64,000 nt of DNA from Candidatus Bathyarchaeota archaeon (GTDB lineage Archaea; Thermoproteota; Bathyarchaeia; Bathyarchaeales; Bathycorpusculaceae). Below, piece by piece: positions 37,518 to 50,145 of the stretch; positions within the stretch are counted from its first letter, which is position 1, and every line of letters starts with the position of its first letter. The translations under genes were made by a program, and so were the position numbers. Location: positions 1-64,000 of the forward strand of contig CAVYES010000009.1 in the NCBI GenBank assembly GCA_963767735.1, given 5' to 3'. The notes beneath the pieces are model-generated. The model ran no database searches. It was not told the origin of the DNA and worked only from the letters and a program-made list of their open reading frames with translations.

Positions 37518-40500
37518 CTATTCCTTCTTCGATGAGGGATTTGTTACTATACCATTGTTACAAACTAGTTTTCTTTCCTTAACGAGTTTTTTGTAAGTGT
37601 TTGTAAGTATATCTCTTATGTTATCACTTGTGCGATTAATTTCAAAAACCCTTGCTGTTTCGATAATAAGTGATCCCTGGCTTATGCCTATTGCATACTG
37701 TGACACGAGTAACATTGCTTTTTCAAGCTCCTCAGGGTATATATATTCGATTTTTCGTTGAGACTCAATTAATTCAGGGATAGGATACCGAACTTGAATT
37801 TCCGTTATCCCTGTAGCCCACATAAAATCTTTTTTGGTTGTAACTTTTCCCTGCTTCATTAATTGAAAAAGAGCTTGATTAACGGCGTTGGAGCAAACTG
37901 GATTATTTCTTATTCCCCAAGCTGAAGTAAGTCTTTTCACGGCAAATTCAAAGTGAATGGGGCCTTCTTTCTTTATTAGGTTCTCAAGAAGGCTACAAAT
38001 CAATTGTTGGTTTGAGCGGAATTGGAGCTCATCTTTTCTAAAATATCGATACCCGAAGGTATTTTGGTTTTTCTTAATAAAATCATTAAGCGCTGCCGTG
38101 ATATTGAAAACATTATAAGGGATGCCTATCTTGATGTTCTTAAAATCAACTTTTTGAATATCTACCTCATCTTGCGGTTCCGAGCTCATTTTTAGAGTTG
38201 CTGATAAAGCGTGCAATATCTGGTTAGAGGTATTGGGTGCTTCCATATCCGATGTTGATGTTTGTGATTTAGCTTCTTGAAGCGCTTGTCTTAGCTTGCT
38301 AATTTCCACTTCTCTTCTTGATACCCATGAGGGAGACCATATTCTGTAAATTTTCCATCCTAATTGCTTGAGTATTTGCTCTCTTAATCGATCTCTATCT
38401 CTTGCACTATAACTAGAATGGTAAGTTGCACCGTCACATTCGATGCCTAAGATAAAACTACCGGGATTCGCAGGATCTATGACACCAAGATCTATTCTGT
38501 AACCGCTACATCCAACTTGTGGAACCACATCATAGCCTAAACGTCTTATCTCTCCAGCAACCTCTTGTTCTAATGGTGATTCAAATTCGCCTCCGTTTGC
38601 ATTTGTCAGCTGTAATGACACTGGTCCTCTTTCGGCGTAATCTAGGTAATGGTATAATGTTAATACACCTGGAGTATTTCTGATAGAATCTAGAACCATA
38701 TCTGATGCGCGTATTGAACTGACAAGAATAATCTTCTCTCTTGCACGAGTAATTGCCACGTTGAGACGTCGTTCGCCCCCTTGTTTATTTAGAGGCCCAA
38801 AGTTCATGGTTAATTGACCTCTTTCATCTCTTGCATACCCAATACTAAAGATTATAACGTCGCGCTCGTCTCCCTGGACATTTTCAAGATTTTTAACGAA
38901 AAAACCTTCAAGCCTGTCTTCCTTAAAAAACCCTTCATATTCAGGCCTTTCTTTACGTTTTAATTCTATGGCATCGTCGATTGCCTCTTTCTGGGCAATG
39001 CTGAAAGCTACTACTCCCAGGGTTTTATGAGGATAATTAGTGAAATGTTCAAAAACGAGATTAGCGACCTCTTCGGCTTCCTTCGGGTTATCTCTTCGAC
39101 CGCCTCTATAGTAAATACCGTCCCTGACACGAACAAATTTTACACCGAAGCAATCGTGTTTAGCAATAGCGGACGGAAATGTAATCAATTTATCATCGTA
39201 AAACCGGTGATTCGAAAACGCGATAAGATCCTCATGCTTACTTCGATAATGCCAACGCAAAGTGTTTTCTGGCAGCCCAATTCCTGTGCAGATATCGAGT
39301 ATGCTATCGAAACATTCCTAGGCCTTCATCGTTCAACTCATCCCACTCGTCATCATCAAAGAAAGCTTTTTGGAAGAATGAAGTGGGGGGCAATTGTTTG
39401 CTATCTCCTGCTACAACAATATATTTCCCCCTATAGATGGCGCCGATAGCGTCTTCTGGGACAATTTGCGATGCCTCGTCAAATAAAACTAAGTCAAATT
39501 TCATGGCTTCTGGTGCAAGAAATTGGCTGACGGAAATAGGGCTCATCAGTAAACATGGCTTAAGAATTTGGAGTAGGTTCGGTATTTTTTGGAGAAGCGC
39601 TCTGATAGGCATGTGTTTTTTCTTTTTTGCAGCTTCTCGTAAAACTATAGCAATTTCTGAGTCCTTAGCCCGTAGCATTGTTCCTTGAGGCTTTCGATTG
39701 TTTGCCAACTCCATTATTCTATTTGAAGAAAGATGAATTAAATCTAAGTCTAATGATCTGAATTGCTTAATGAGTTCCTCATGGTTTTCTTTGCGGAATT
39801 TGCTTAGGTTAGGATCCATATTGTAAATGCTGTTCAACCATTCCTGATAAAATGCCTTATAGAATACTTCGATCAATTCAGTCGCTTTAGGCGGGTTTAA
39901 GAGAAGTCCGTTAAGAAATCTTTGCAATGCATTTTGCTCGAGCGATTGTTTAACAGTCTTAAAGTCTATCCAAATCTGGAGATCACCAATTCGATCTCTA
40001 AGCATTAGCGCCTTGTTCAGCAATGATTCAAGTGTGTCCTTTGTTATAGGATCTCTGTCAAAGTCGAAACCGTTCTCAAAATTTGATTCTAAACTATTTT
40101 TTTGTAATATGAGCTCATCGCAAAACTCTTTTAATGCGTTATTGTCCGGAGCACTTCCTTGAGTGATTATATCTACAATTGGCTCTGGGATGCTCGGATA
40201 GCTTAACATTTTCTTAAATTCTTTGGTCCATTTCAAAACGTTAGTGATTTCATTCCAGTTAGTTTCAAACTCCACAAACCTTCGTCCAAATAAAGATTGA
40301 AGCTTTGTTTTTTCTCCTTGGAAAGCCGTTTCTTTGTCTCTAATACTTTCAGCTGTTTTCAAATCATCGATGAGTTCTAGATAGTTTTTTGGGACATTAT
40401 TTTTGCAGGCAACTAATGTTTCCTTTGTTGTCTGATCAAGATTCAGCAGCTTTTCTTTAGATTTCATCGCCCAATCTTTGAGTGCGAATAAGGGTATTTG

Positions 40501-43152
40501 TTCAAAAGAGGATATTTTTTGGTTTACCGGAACTTCATTTTCGATAACTGAGTTGAGTTGTTTGTAACTTGCATTCCATTTTTCTAGTCTATTGAGTATA
40601 TCATTTCCGAGTTGGCGGATTCTTGGCGTAGGATCAATCAAGGATGAGGCAAGTTGCACTAACTTTTCTGGAGGCGGGAATACCCAAGATAAACCAAGAA
40701 TTCTCTCAGTGCTCTCCAAGCCTTGTTTTACAGAATCAAAGTTAGTTTCAAATCCTTTGTAATAACGCCCAGTTGGTTGTAGTATTGTTTGTATATATCC
40801 CTGAATTTTGCTGTCATTGATCTTGAAGTTTCTAACAGTTGTTAGGTCGGTAATTATACTGTTGGGTACCTTCCCCAGTTTGCTTACAAGAGCTATTTTC
40901 TTATTATCACGGTAATAACTTGGGCGTAAATAACGAAAAACGCTTTTGTAGGGGCCGTTATAACTTATGATTAATTCTTCAATGTCAAGATCAAGGATCT
41001 TGTCGGTATACAACATATTTATGTCGTTTTTTAGCCTATTATGTTCTAAAAAGTCTGCCTTTGCCTTTGGTAAAATGTTTTTCAAAGCCTTAAGAACTGA
41101 GGGATTAAACCAGTCTGTCTCTGGCTTGTCTTGTGAGAAACATTCAATTGCTATTTGAGCGAGTCGTTTGACCTGGTCAATGTTTATACCATCAGTCGGA
41201 AATCCAAAATTTAGAGCAAGTTCATTAAAGTCAGATAACCATATTTCTGAACAATCAGAAGTAAATGATAAGAAATCAATTATTTCTTGTCTCTTGCTTA
41301 GTAAGTCCTCCTCTTCGGGTCTCTGAAGTTTGATTAGCGATTTAAGATCATTTAGTTGGTTTGTAAGCGTGCTGGAAGTATAGATAGATAAATTGTAGAG
41401 CGAATCTGCGTATTTATCACTAAGATAGCTTCTTTTGGTGCTTCGCCATTCGAAAAACTTCTTGTTATTCTCAGATTCGTTTATTAGAGAATCAAGGTCC
41501 GATTTTACCATCCAATCCTTTTCAGGTTTCAATGTATCAGACAACAATTGAGTTATGGAGACAAGCCATCTTACTCTGTCAATAGTTGTTGGCTCATCAA
41601 GTCCAAGTTCAGCTGAGATTTTGAAGGCTTCTTTATTTAGCTTATCCATTGTTCTAAGTAAGCCATCAAGCAGGGCTATGAGTTCCATTCTGATTTGAAG
41701 GTTGTAAACAGTGCCTTTGTATCCCTTCCACGGAAAGTTTTGCTCCTCTGCTACTTGCCAAACGTTCTTTAATTGTGTTACCAAGCCTTCTAAGTAGCTT
41801 AGTCTTTTCGGCGTTATACTTGCAACATCGCTAAGCTCTATAGGGACAAATGGGATTGTCTCAAGTTTTGACAATGAACCTAGAACTTGGTAAACACTTC
41901 TTTCAAGTCCCGTGCGGGTTTCATGAAGTGAAATAACATAGTTATTTAGGTTCTCTCGCATTGATTGCATTTTTTCGAAATCGAGGTTTGAAGGCAGATT
42001 CCGTGCGTGTTCCTGTTGTTCTAGGCAGCGTTTTAGCTCATTTACGACTTCTCGTTTGTTTGCTTTACTACTGTGCAGTTCTAAACAGAAACTTGATAAC
42101 TTTACTTGGTTTAATCGTTTGTGAACCACGTCAAGAGCGGCCATTTTATCGCTGACAAAAAGAACGGTTTTTCCTCTTGCTATGCATTCTGCGATTATAT
42201 TTGCTATAGTCTGGCTTTTTCCAGTGCCTGGAGGACCTTGCATCACGAAACTTTGTCCTCGAAGTGCATACTCGATTGATGTTCTTTGGCTACTATCCGC
42301 ATCAAGGACTTGGTACGTTTGTTGAGGTTTTTCTATCTTGTCTACTTCTTTTTCCTCAGGTAATGCGTCTAACACGAGTTGGAGGTCCTTAATTCCTGCA
42401 ATAGCTTGTATCAGTTTATGAAGTGATAATATGTTAAAATTTTCCGATAGATCTTTGTAAATTACAAGTTTATGAAATGAAAAAAGGCCTATTTCAACTG
42501 CTTGCTCAACTTTCCATCCAGAGCGCTTGAAAAATTCATGTAAAGTATCAAAGTAGCCATTTAGGCCATGATTTTCCCAATCTTCCGGTAGTGGAGGCAG
42601 CGTAATATCAAAGTCTTTTTTAAGTTTTGCCTGCAATGCTGGATTAAGAATTATTTCTTCTTCAACTGATGGAACTTTTACAGTATACGGGTCATTGATA
42701 GACTCTCTGCCAAGTTCAATTGGTACTAAAAGAAGCGGCGAATAGATTTCTTCTGCATTTCCTTTTTCTTTCCAAACTAACATGCCAAAAGAAGCATGTA
42801 ATATTCTAACGCCTCGTTCTATGTAGTCGGATTGCGATCTGGTCCGCAAGTTCTTTAAAGTTTTTTCTAGTTCCTTTCGAGGATAATTGTCGCTGACAAG
42901 TTGATTATGTTGAAAGGGCACAGTAGGTTGCTGTGAGCTGATCTTTATTTCATTTTTTTCTTCATTATCTTCCTCTTCTGGAGGTAAGTAAAATTCAAAA
43001 GTCTTAGATTTTAGGACAAGCCTGTCAAATATACTCTCTATGTCCGGATAAGAAATCGGCAATGTCCCACGTTTCGTTTGCCTAAAATATAACAGATTGT
43101 TTCGACGAGAAAGATCAATTAATTTGTTCTTCCAATCTTCAACATGACCCAT
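37518..43152 (-). pseudogene. DUF4011-SF1 helicase-Vsr/DUF559-DUF3320 protein (Hhe-like defence helicase), one frameshift near 39300
   Basis: W...LIDLSRRNNLL (DUF4011), DADSSQ, QGPPGTGKSQT, FDEASQ, GDSKQLPP, WHYRS, ENVQGDERD, RRLNVAITRAR, ESPLE..V, GIECDGATYH, GW.I.RIW. Confidence 0.88.
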
Positions 43153-43330
43153 AACTTGTTTCTTTTCCGGATCGGATAACGGACGTTGTGTGTTCGATGA
43201 CAGCGCTTGTCCCTCTTAAGTTCTAAACATATATAGCAAAGTAGATTTAACGTTTGCACTGTAAAACTTAAAACACACTTATTTTTAGAAAAAATTAGTT
43301 GAAATTAATTTTACGGTCTTGGCAAGAAAA

Positions 43331-43879
43331 TTAGCGGCATTTGGCTTGTTTTTGAATTAGGAACCAGTAAGTCAGCAATTCCTTTTCTTTTTCGTTATGA
43401 TTTGAAAATCTCTTGTTTACCAATGTCCAGAAGGCATCATTGTGTTTTCTTTCAAGATTGTGCGCGGTCTCATGATATACGATATAGTTGATTAATTCTT
43501 CTGGCAATAATTTGAGCAAGCTATTTATGGTCAGGTTATTGTTTTGGCTGTGGCTTGCCCATTTGGTTTTCATTACCCTGAAGTAGATTTTGTTGATTTT
43601 TGTGTTGAGGTCTTTTTGGGCCGAAGCCACATAATTTCTAACAAGTATTTTCAATTCCTTGTCGGTTCTCGTTTCGTCGATAGATGTTTCAGTTGACTTC
43701 TGGATTGCAGTGTTTATGGTTGCTTGTTTGCGTCTAATCCATTCGCCGTATTTCTCCAGCACCTGCTCAGGCGTCCACCCCTTTTTCGGCAGAACAATCA
43801 GCAGCGAGCCCGTTTTGAATTCGCATCTTGGATGCTTAACGTTACGGTACTCAACTGTGTATTGTGGGTTTTCAGGCAT
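43331..43879 (-). CDS. YgjP/DUF45 M48-like metalloprotease associated with type I R-M
   Basis: MKTKWAS, YIVYHETAH, HNDAFW; directly downstream of hsdR. Confidence 0.85.
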   Translation of the reverse strand: MPENPQYTVEYRNVKHPRCEFKTGSLLIVLPKKGWTPEQVLEKYGEWIRRKQATINTAIQKSTETSIDETRTDKELKILVRNYVASAQKDLNTKINKIYFRVMKTKWASHSQNNNLTINSLLKLLPEELINYIVYHETAHNLERKHNDAFWTLVNKRFSNHNEKEKELLTYWFLIQKQAKCR

Positions 43880-46800
43880 AGCTCTTCACGTTATCAATAA
43901 TCTTCTCGTATAGAGTTTCCATGTCTGCGAGCGACAGGTTATTTTGTCTTATGTATTTTCTCAGGTATCTGCGTGTTTCCCTGTTCAACTGCTTTTTTGG
44001 CGGTTTGCTGGTATTGCCAGCCCTTGAATAGATAAGGCTGCAAAAGCGTGGCGAGTTCTTGGGTGTCCTGGGTTAGGTCGCCGTGTATTGGAATGGCTTT
44101 TTCCATGTGAAGCAGGATGGCGTACTGTAGGTTTGAGAATTGGAGTTGTTTTTGTCTTGCTTGGCGTGCTTGGATTTGCTGGAAAATTTCGGCGCCTTCG
44201 TTGTAGATTTTGTCGAATTTCTTGGTTTTCTCTTTCCATAGGTTTAGTAGCCGTTCTACTTTGGCTGCTAGGCCTTCGTAGATTGGGTTACGTTGTTTAT
44301 CGATGATCACGAAGCGGTTGAGTGTGAAGAGGATGTTGGCAGCTCTTTCCTCTTTGGTTTTGAGTTTTTCTTGGAGGTTTATGAGGTAGTCTGCGTCAAA
44401 CTCGATGGTTGGGTATTGCTCGTCAATGCCTTTGACTTCAGTTGACTTGTAGACATACTTGAGGGTTTTTTGGAAGTACTTGTATGCAAGGGCGTTTTCT
44501 TTGGCGTACATCTTGTCGGGTTTCATGGAGATAGAAGTTGTAGACTTGGGTTAGCCAAGTGTAGTCTTTGAGTTTTTCAAGTTTTATCGGGTGAGGTCCG
44601 AGCAGTTCGAAGAGTTTTCTTAGGCGTTTGTAGTTTGCTTGGAATTTTTTGGTGTTCTCTTCGTTGCTGGTTATGGTTTGGAAGGCTTTGTTCATCGTTT
44701 CTCGGTCGTATTGGTCTTTGGGCACGTCTGCGAAGAGTGCGGTTGTTTCATCCAGTTTTTGGGTGAATTCTTTGACAAGGTCATCGGTGTTGATGAGTAT
44801 GCCTGATATGTCTTCTTTGGTGTAGTTTTCGAATGCCCGAGTGAATTCTTTTAGGATGCCGACGTAGTCGATGATTAGGCCTGCTTCTTTGAGGTCTTTG
44901 AAGGGGCGGTTGGTTCTGGCTATGGCTTGCAGAAGCCGATGCTCTTTCAGTGGCTTGTCCAAGATACATAGTTTGTAGAATCGGGGCATCAAAGCCCGTG
45001 AGTAGCATGTCGGTTACTATGAGGATTTTTGGGTTTTGTTCTTCTTTGAACTTGGTTACGTTTTCTTTGCGGATGTCTTCGATTTCCTTGCCATGGTTCT
45101 GTTGGATCGTTTCTCTTGGAGTAGTCTTTGATTTCTTTATTTTCTGGTCCTTTGAGCGGGTCATAGGTCATGACGACTTCTGATGTATTCTTTGGGCAGA
45201 AGCTTGTCGAGTTCCCGTTTGTAGCGTACACATGAAAGGCGGTTGACGGCGACAACCATGGCTTTGAATCTGCCATCCAAGTTCTCTTTGAAGTGAGCGG
45301 CGATGTCTTCGGCAACTTTTTTGATGCGGTCAGGGTTTTCAAGGTACACTTTGGCGATGTTTAGTTTTTGCTTGGCTTTTTCCTCAACGACTTCTTGAAG
45401 GTTTTCAGGTATTTCTTCAATGTTCACTTCGAGGAAGGCTTCCAGCATGTCCTTTTTGAGGTGAACGCCTTCTTCGTCTTCGAGGCGTGGTTGATAAGCG
45501 ATTTTTAGGGTAAAGCCATCTTCTATGCTATCAGTCATGAAATACTTGTCTAGGTACTTCTCTTCTGGCGGATAGCTGAATTGCCCATAAGTGTCATGCC
45601 CCTGTTTAGCTACTGGGGTTCCCGTGAAGGCGTAAGCTTCTGCGTTTTTGAGGATTTCATTCATTTGAGCCGCAAGCGTGCCGTATTGGGTTCGGTGGGC
45701 TTCATCTATGAAGAGGATAACGTTTTTGCGTGTTTGGATGGTTTCTCTGGTTTTGCTTAGGGTGTCGAGTTCTTTTTGGAGCTCGGATAGCTCTTCGGGG
45801 CGGAACTTGTGGATAAGGGTGATGAATATGCCTCGTTTGCCCCGGTACTCGTCGTGCTGGATGATTTTTCTTAGGGCATGTATGGAGTCTACGACTTCGG
45901 GTTTGGTTATGTCTAGGGCGTTGAATTCGTCGCTAAGTTGGGTTTCGAGTTCTTCGCGGTCAACCACAAAAAACATCGTTGGGTTCTGCAGCTCTGGGTG
46001 GCGGTAGAGTTTGTTGGCGGCGAAAATCATGGTTAAGGTTTTGCCGCTGCCCTGCCAATGCCAAATCAAGCCCTTGTTTTTGGGGTCTTTGCCTTCAATG
46101 TTGTTTAGGACTCGGCTGCTGATTTGTTCGGCTGCCCGGTACTGCATGTATCGGGTGATGACTTTGGTTGTGGCTCCCCGTTCAATGCGGATGAAAAGGT
46201 AATTGCGGATAATGTTGAGCAGCGTTTCTGGCATCAGCATTTGGATGGTTGAGTCAATCGAGTCCTTGCTGCCATCTCGCCACTCATAATACCTCGGTTC
46301 GCCGTCTTGCTGCCAAGGCGTGGTTGGGAAATATTTGGCTTTGTTATCAGATGCTACGCCAATCTGAATGTACTTGTAGAGTTCAGGAACATCTCTCTCA
46401 TAGCCAAGAATTTGCATGAAAGCATTATACCACGTTTCTGTTAGGCTGGCGGGGTTTTTGCATTCGATGTTGACAAGCGGGATGCCGTTGATGTAGAGGA
46501 TTATGTCGTTGCGGATTTGTTTGTCTCCGGCTTGATGGGTGATTTGGCGGCTGACCACAAAATCGTTGTTGCCAATGTTGTCATAGTCGAAGAGCTTGAC
46601 GTATTTGACTACTCGTTCCTTCTCAAACTTGATTGGCACGCCATCTTTGAAGTAGTTGAGGATTTTCTTTGAGTCTTCGCTGCCGCTGCCCCTAAGCTTC
46701 AGCTCGTTTAGGACCTGCTTTATCTCGTCGTCGCCTATCGCCAATGTCTTTGTTTAAGCTTTTTAGGGCACGAATAAACGCTGCAGTCAGCAACGGCTCC

Positions 46801-46919
46801 TCGACGGCTTCCCGTTCAAGCTCATCAGCACCAACAAACCGCCAACGCTTCCCACTCCGCTCCTGCAACTGCTCAACAAAATAATCCTCAATCAAAGACT
46901 TCTCATTAAACAACGGCAT
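43872..46919 (-). pseudogene. hsdR: Type I restriction endonuclease subunit R, frameshifted into several ORFs
   Basis: DIILYINGIPLVNIECK, WHWQGSGKT, VVDR.EL, DEAHR, FTGTP, MLLTGFDAP, QAIARTNR across ORFs 46692-46919, 45161-46744, 44781-45164, 44438-44992 and 43939-44526. Confidence 0.92.
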
Positions 46920-46926
46920 AACCCAA

Positions 46927-48207
46927 TCAATCCACCCTAATCCTAATTTTACCAGTAAGAAGCAAATCCATCAAAGCATACTTGACTCGCTCAAGCGTTT
47001 TCTTCTCCTCAACTTCGAGGGTCAACTTCATAGTTATTGCTGACAAAATATCGACTATTTTTAGCTGCTCAGAATAAGGAGGAAATGGAATTTGAAAGTC
47101 TTCAATTTGTTTTGAACTTATGTGAGCAATTCCTGAACTTGTGTTTACCTTATCAACATAGTTTCTGAATGATGGGCTGCCAATTAGGAAGTAGAGAAAC
47201 TCTGGATGAAGTCCATCCTTAGCTCTTAGCCTTGCCACTCTTTGAACAAGGAGAATAGGCAGGTCTCGCTCCCTTACTAGGGCATAGTTTTTGCCAACAA
47301 GAGCACCATCCATACCTATCAACACGTCGTTAGTTTGTACAAGGTACTTCTCCAAATTCTTCGCTGATTTCCAGTATTTGGTCTTGTCCCAGCGTAATCT
47401 TCCTTTAGTTACATTTATTCCCCGTACTACCTTAATGTCTGATTCGTTATTTGAGAAGAGATTACTCTCAAACGGAAAGCCTGTTAACAAGTCAACACAG
47501 TCACCAATCCTGACAATTTGCCAAACATCAGGTATTTTTCCTATTGGTGTTTCTATGTATTGTGCGTTTCCTATACCGTGTGTTAGGAGCTGCTGCATCA
47601 AACCCTTCTTGAGACGCTCAGTCTTCGCAATAAGGCAATCAGTTAACTCAATGGTAGAATCAACAACACCTAAAACCCTAACAATCGCCCTCTGCTCGGG
47701 TATTGGTGGAAGAGGCAATTTAATCTCGCCTACCTGAGAAGAATTTAGCGCTGGATATTGCCCGCCAACCATCATTCTATTGCATTGACTTATTACATTG
47801 TCTGAAAAAAGAGTATGAAGGAGAAAGCGAGGATCGACGTTCTCCTTACTTGTTAATACTGCAAACCCTGTAGAGCAGATTTCGTTATCGTACCATTTGG
47901 GAACTATTGTGAACGCTTTCAAATATGGGCGTACTGTTGACATTAACACATCATTTTCGTGGATGACTCTTCGGGCTCTTGAAGGGGCTTCTTTTCCAAG
48001 CGTTTTTTTGTTTTCCTTTATTCTCCCGGAGCCTCCGGTGACCGATTCAATATCAACATATTGAAAGGCAACATCGGGGGACTCCCTTGATGGGTCACGT
48101 GATTCCTTGTTTATTTCGGCAATATCGCTAATTTTGGCAACTTCCCAATCATTTGGAACAAGCCCTATAGGCGTTTGAATGAGGTCAGTTTCCTTGCAAA
48201 ATATCAA
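46927..48207 (-). CDS. hsdS: Type I R-M specificity subunit
   Basis: Two TRDs with conserved P..W, LPPIPEQ / PPYSEQ, GLMQQLLT and LLTGK repeats. Confidence 0.95.
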   Translation of the reverse strand: MIFCKETDLIQTPIGLVPNDWEVAKISDIAEINKESRDPSRESPDVAFQYVDIESVTGGSGRIKENKKTLGKEAPSRARRVIHENDVLMSTVRPYLKAFTIVPKWYDNEICSTGFAVLTSKENVDPRFLLHTLFSDNVISQCNRMMVGGQYPALNSSQVGEIKLPLPPIPEQRAIVRVLGVVDSTIELTDCLIAKTERLKKGLMQQLLTHGIGNAQYIETPIGKIPDVWQIVRIGDCVDLLTGFPFESNLFSNNESDIKVVRGINVTKGRLRWDKTKYWKSAKNLEKYLVQTNDVLIGMDGALVGKNYALVRERDLPILLVQRVARLRAKDGLHPEFLYFLIGSPSFRNYVDKVNTSSGIAHISSKQIEDFQIPFPPYSEQLKIVDILSAITMKLTLEVEEKKTLERVKYALMDLLLTGKIRIRVD

Positions 48208-48217
48208 GCGGGACCAC

Positions 48218-49997
48218 CTAAGGCTCGGGTCAGTTCAAGGATGTATTGCCCCAATTTGTTGGCAACCTCTTGCCTTTGCTTCTCCAATGCCTTGAGCTCT
48301 GTGTATTCTTGGGCTATGTTGATTCCTTCGTTTTCCTCGTCCTGCATCACATAGAGTGTAACGTTTAGGTTGCTGTCGTTCTGTTTCTCTATCTCTTCAA
48401 AGGGAACAACTCGAGAGAAGCCTTTTTCTTCGCTAAAGTTCCTGTAGGCATCTGCGATTTTCTTTATGTTGTCGTCTGATAGTCTGTTTAGTTTGCGTAC
48501 TTCTGGGTGTTGTTCTGCTTCTTTGGAGGCATTTATGAAGAGGACTTTGCCTTTGCGTTCTGTTGGTTTGTGTTGGTTGAAGATTATGATGGCTCCGGGT
48601 GCGCCTGTGTTGTAGAATAGTTTTTCTGGTAGGAGTATGACAGCATTCGATGAGGTCGTGTTTTTGGCTTAGGACTGCGGTGCGGATGGTTTTTTCTTTG
48701 CCGCCTCGGAATAGGCAGCCGTTGTCTATGACTATGCCGACTCTGCTGCCGTTGTCTTTGGCGGATGCAAGCATGTGTTCTATCCATGCCCAGTCTGCGC
48801 TTTGGCGGGGGACAAAACCGAACTCGAACCGTTTTTTGTAGAACTCGGCTTTCTTTAGGACCTCTTCGTCGTAGCCGTCTTGGTTCCATGGGGGATTAGC
48901 TAAAACCACATCAAACTGCTTTATCCCATCGCCTTCTTTGAACTTGGGATACAGGAAAGTGTCGCCAAACTCCAGGTGGGCGTCGCGGATGTCGTGGATG
49001 TACATGTTCATTTTCGCTAAGGCAATTGTGCGCTGGTTAACTTCTTGCCCAAACAAAAACAGCTTCTGGGCTTCCTCAAACCCACACTTTACCCTCAACA
49101 TGCTTGAAGGCTTCGATTAGCATGCCGCCAGAGCCGCAGGCAGGGTCATACACGCTTTCCATGGGCTTGGGGTCCAGAATCTCGATGAGCAGTTTGATGA
49201 CTTCTCTGGGGGTGTATATTTCGCCTTCCTTGGCTTTGGATGGGGCGAAAGTACCGCAGAATCCATTCATAAGCATCGCCGAGAACGTCGGCGGAAACGT
49301 GGTTGAGTTTCTTCTCGCTGAAAAGCTCCACGAGTTGGCGGAGGGTTTCGGCGTTTTCTCTGCTGCTTGCAAACTGGATAAAATCAACGCTATCTACGAT
49401 GTCTTTGAGCTCAGGGTTTTGCTCGGCTATGGCTTTGAGTGCTTTGGAGAATTGTTCGGTTAGTCCGCTGACGTTTTTGCGGAGGTTTTCCCAGAGGTAT
49501 TCTTCGGGGAGGTTGAAGAGGTGGTATTCGCCTCGTTTGGCTTCAGCTTTTGCGTCTTCTTCGCTTAGGCCGTCGGCTTTGGCTTCTTTGTAGGCTTCTT
49601 CAAACTCCATCTCCCACTTATCGCTGATGCGTTTCATGAAGAGCAGAATGAGGATAAACTTGTAATCCACACGAGTCCGAATCAGATCGGCAGCTCGCTT
49701 AAGCAAGGCGTCAATGTCGCCGCGTCCAAGTTTTTCAGCAATCTTGGCTTCACGGCTATGCAAACGGTAAAGTTTTTGCCGTGCATCCCGTGCATCGGAT
49801 TCAGCGGAAAGAAAACCTGCTTTTCGCAGTTGAGAAAGGAAAACTGGTACCTGCTCCTCAGTGTCTTTGTTTTTCTCTTTCAGAACCTTGGCTGCGTCTT
49901 CAAACCTGAAGGTTTTGTCGCCGAAGGCTTCCCAGAGGATGTCGTAGCGGCGGTCTATCCATTCTGCCATATCACTTTTCATGTGAAATTCAACCAA
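48218..49997 (-). pseudogene. hsdM: Type I R-M N6-adenine methyltransferase with N-terminal wHTH, frameshifted
   Basis: DVLGDAYEW, GEIYTP, YDPACGSGGML, GQE, ANPPWNQ, FRGG, N.NV..Y; stop TAG at 48218. Confidence 0.92.
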
Positions 49998-50145
49998 GCA
50001 AGCTACTACGTCTAAGCTTATAAAATTTGTGCTTATTAGATAAGTAAAAATTAATTAACTTATTTATTTGTTTGCCTGATGCAAAAACCTTTATGGCAAA
50101 AGCCACAATCAAGGAAGCAATAAACATAAGGGTTTGTGGATGAGT

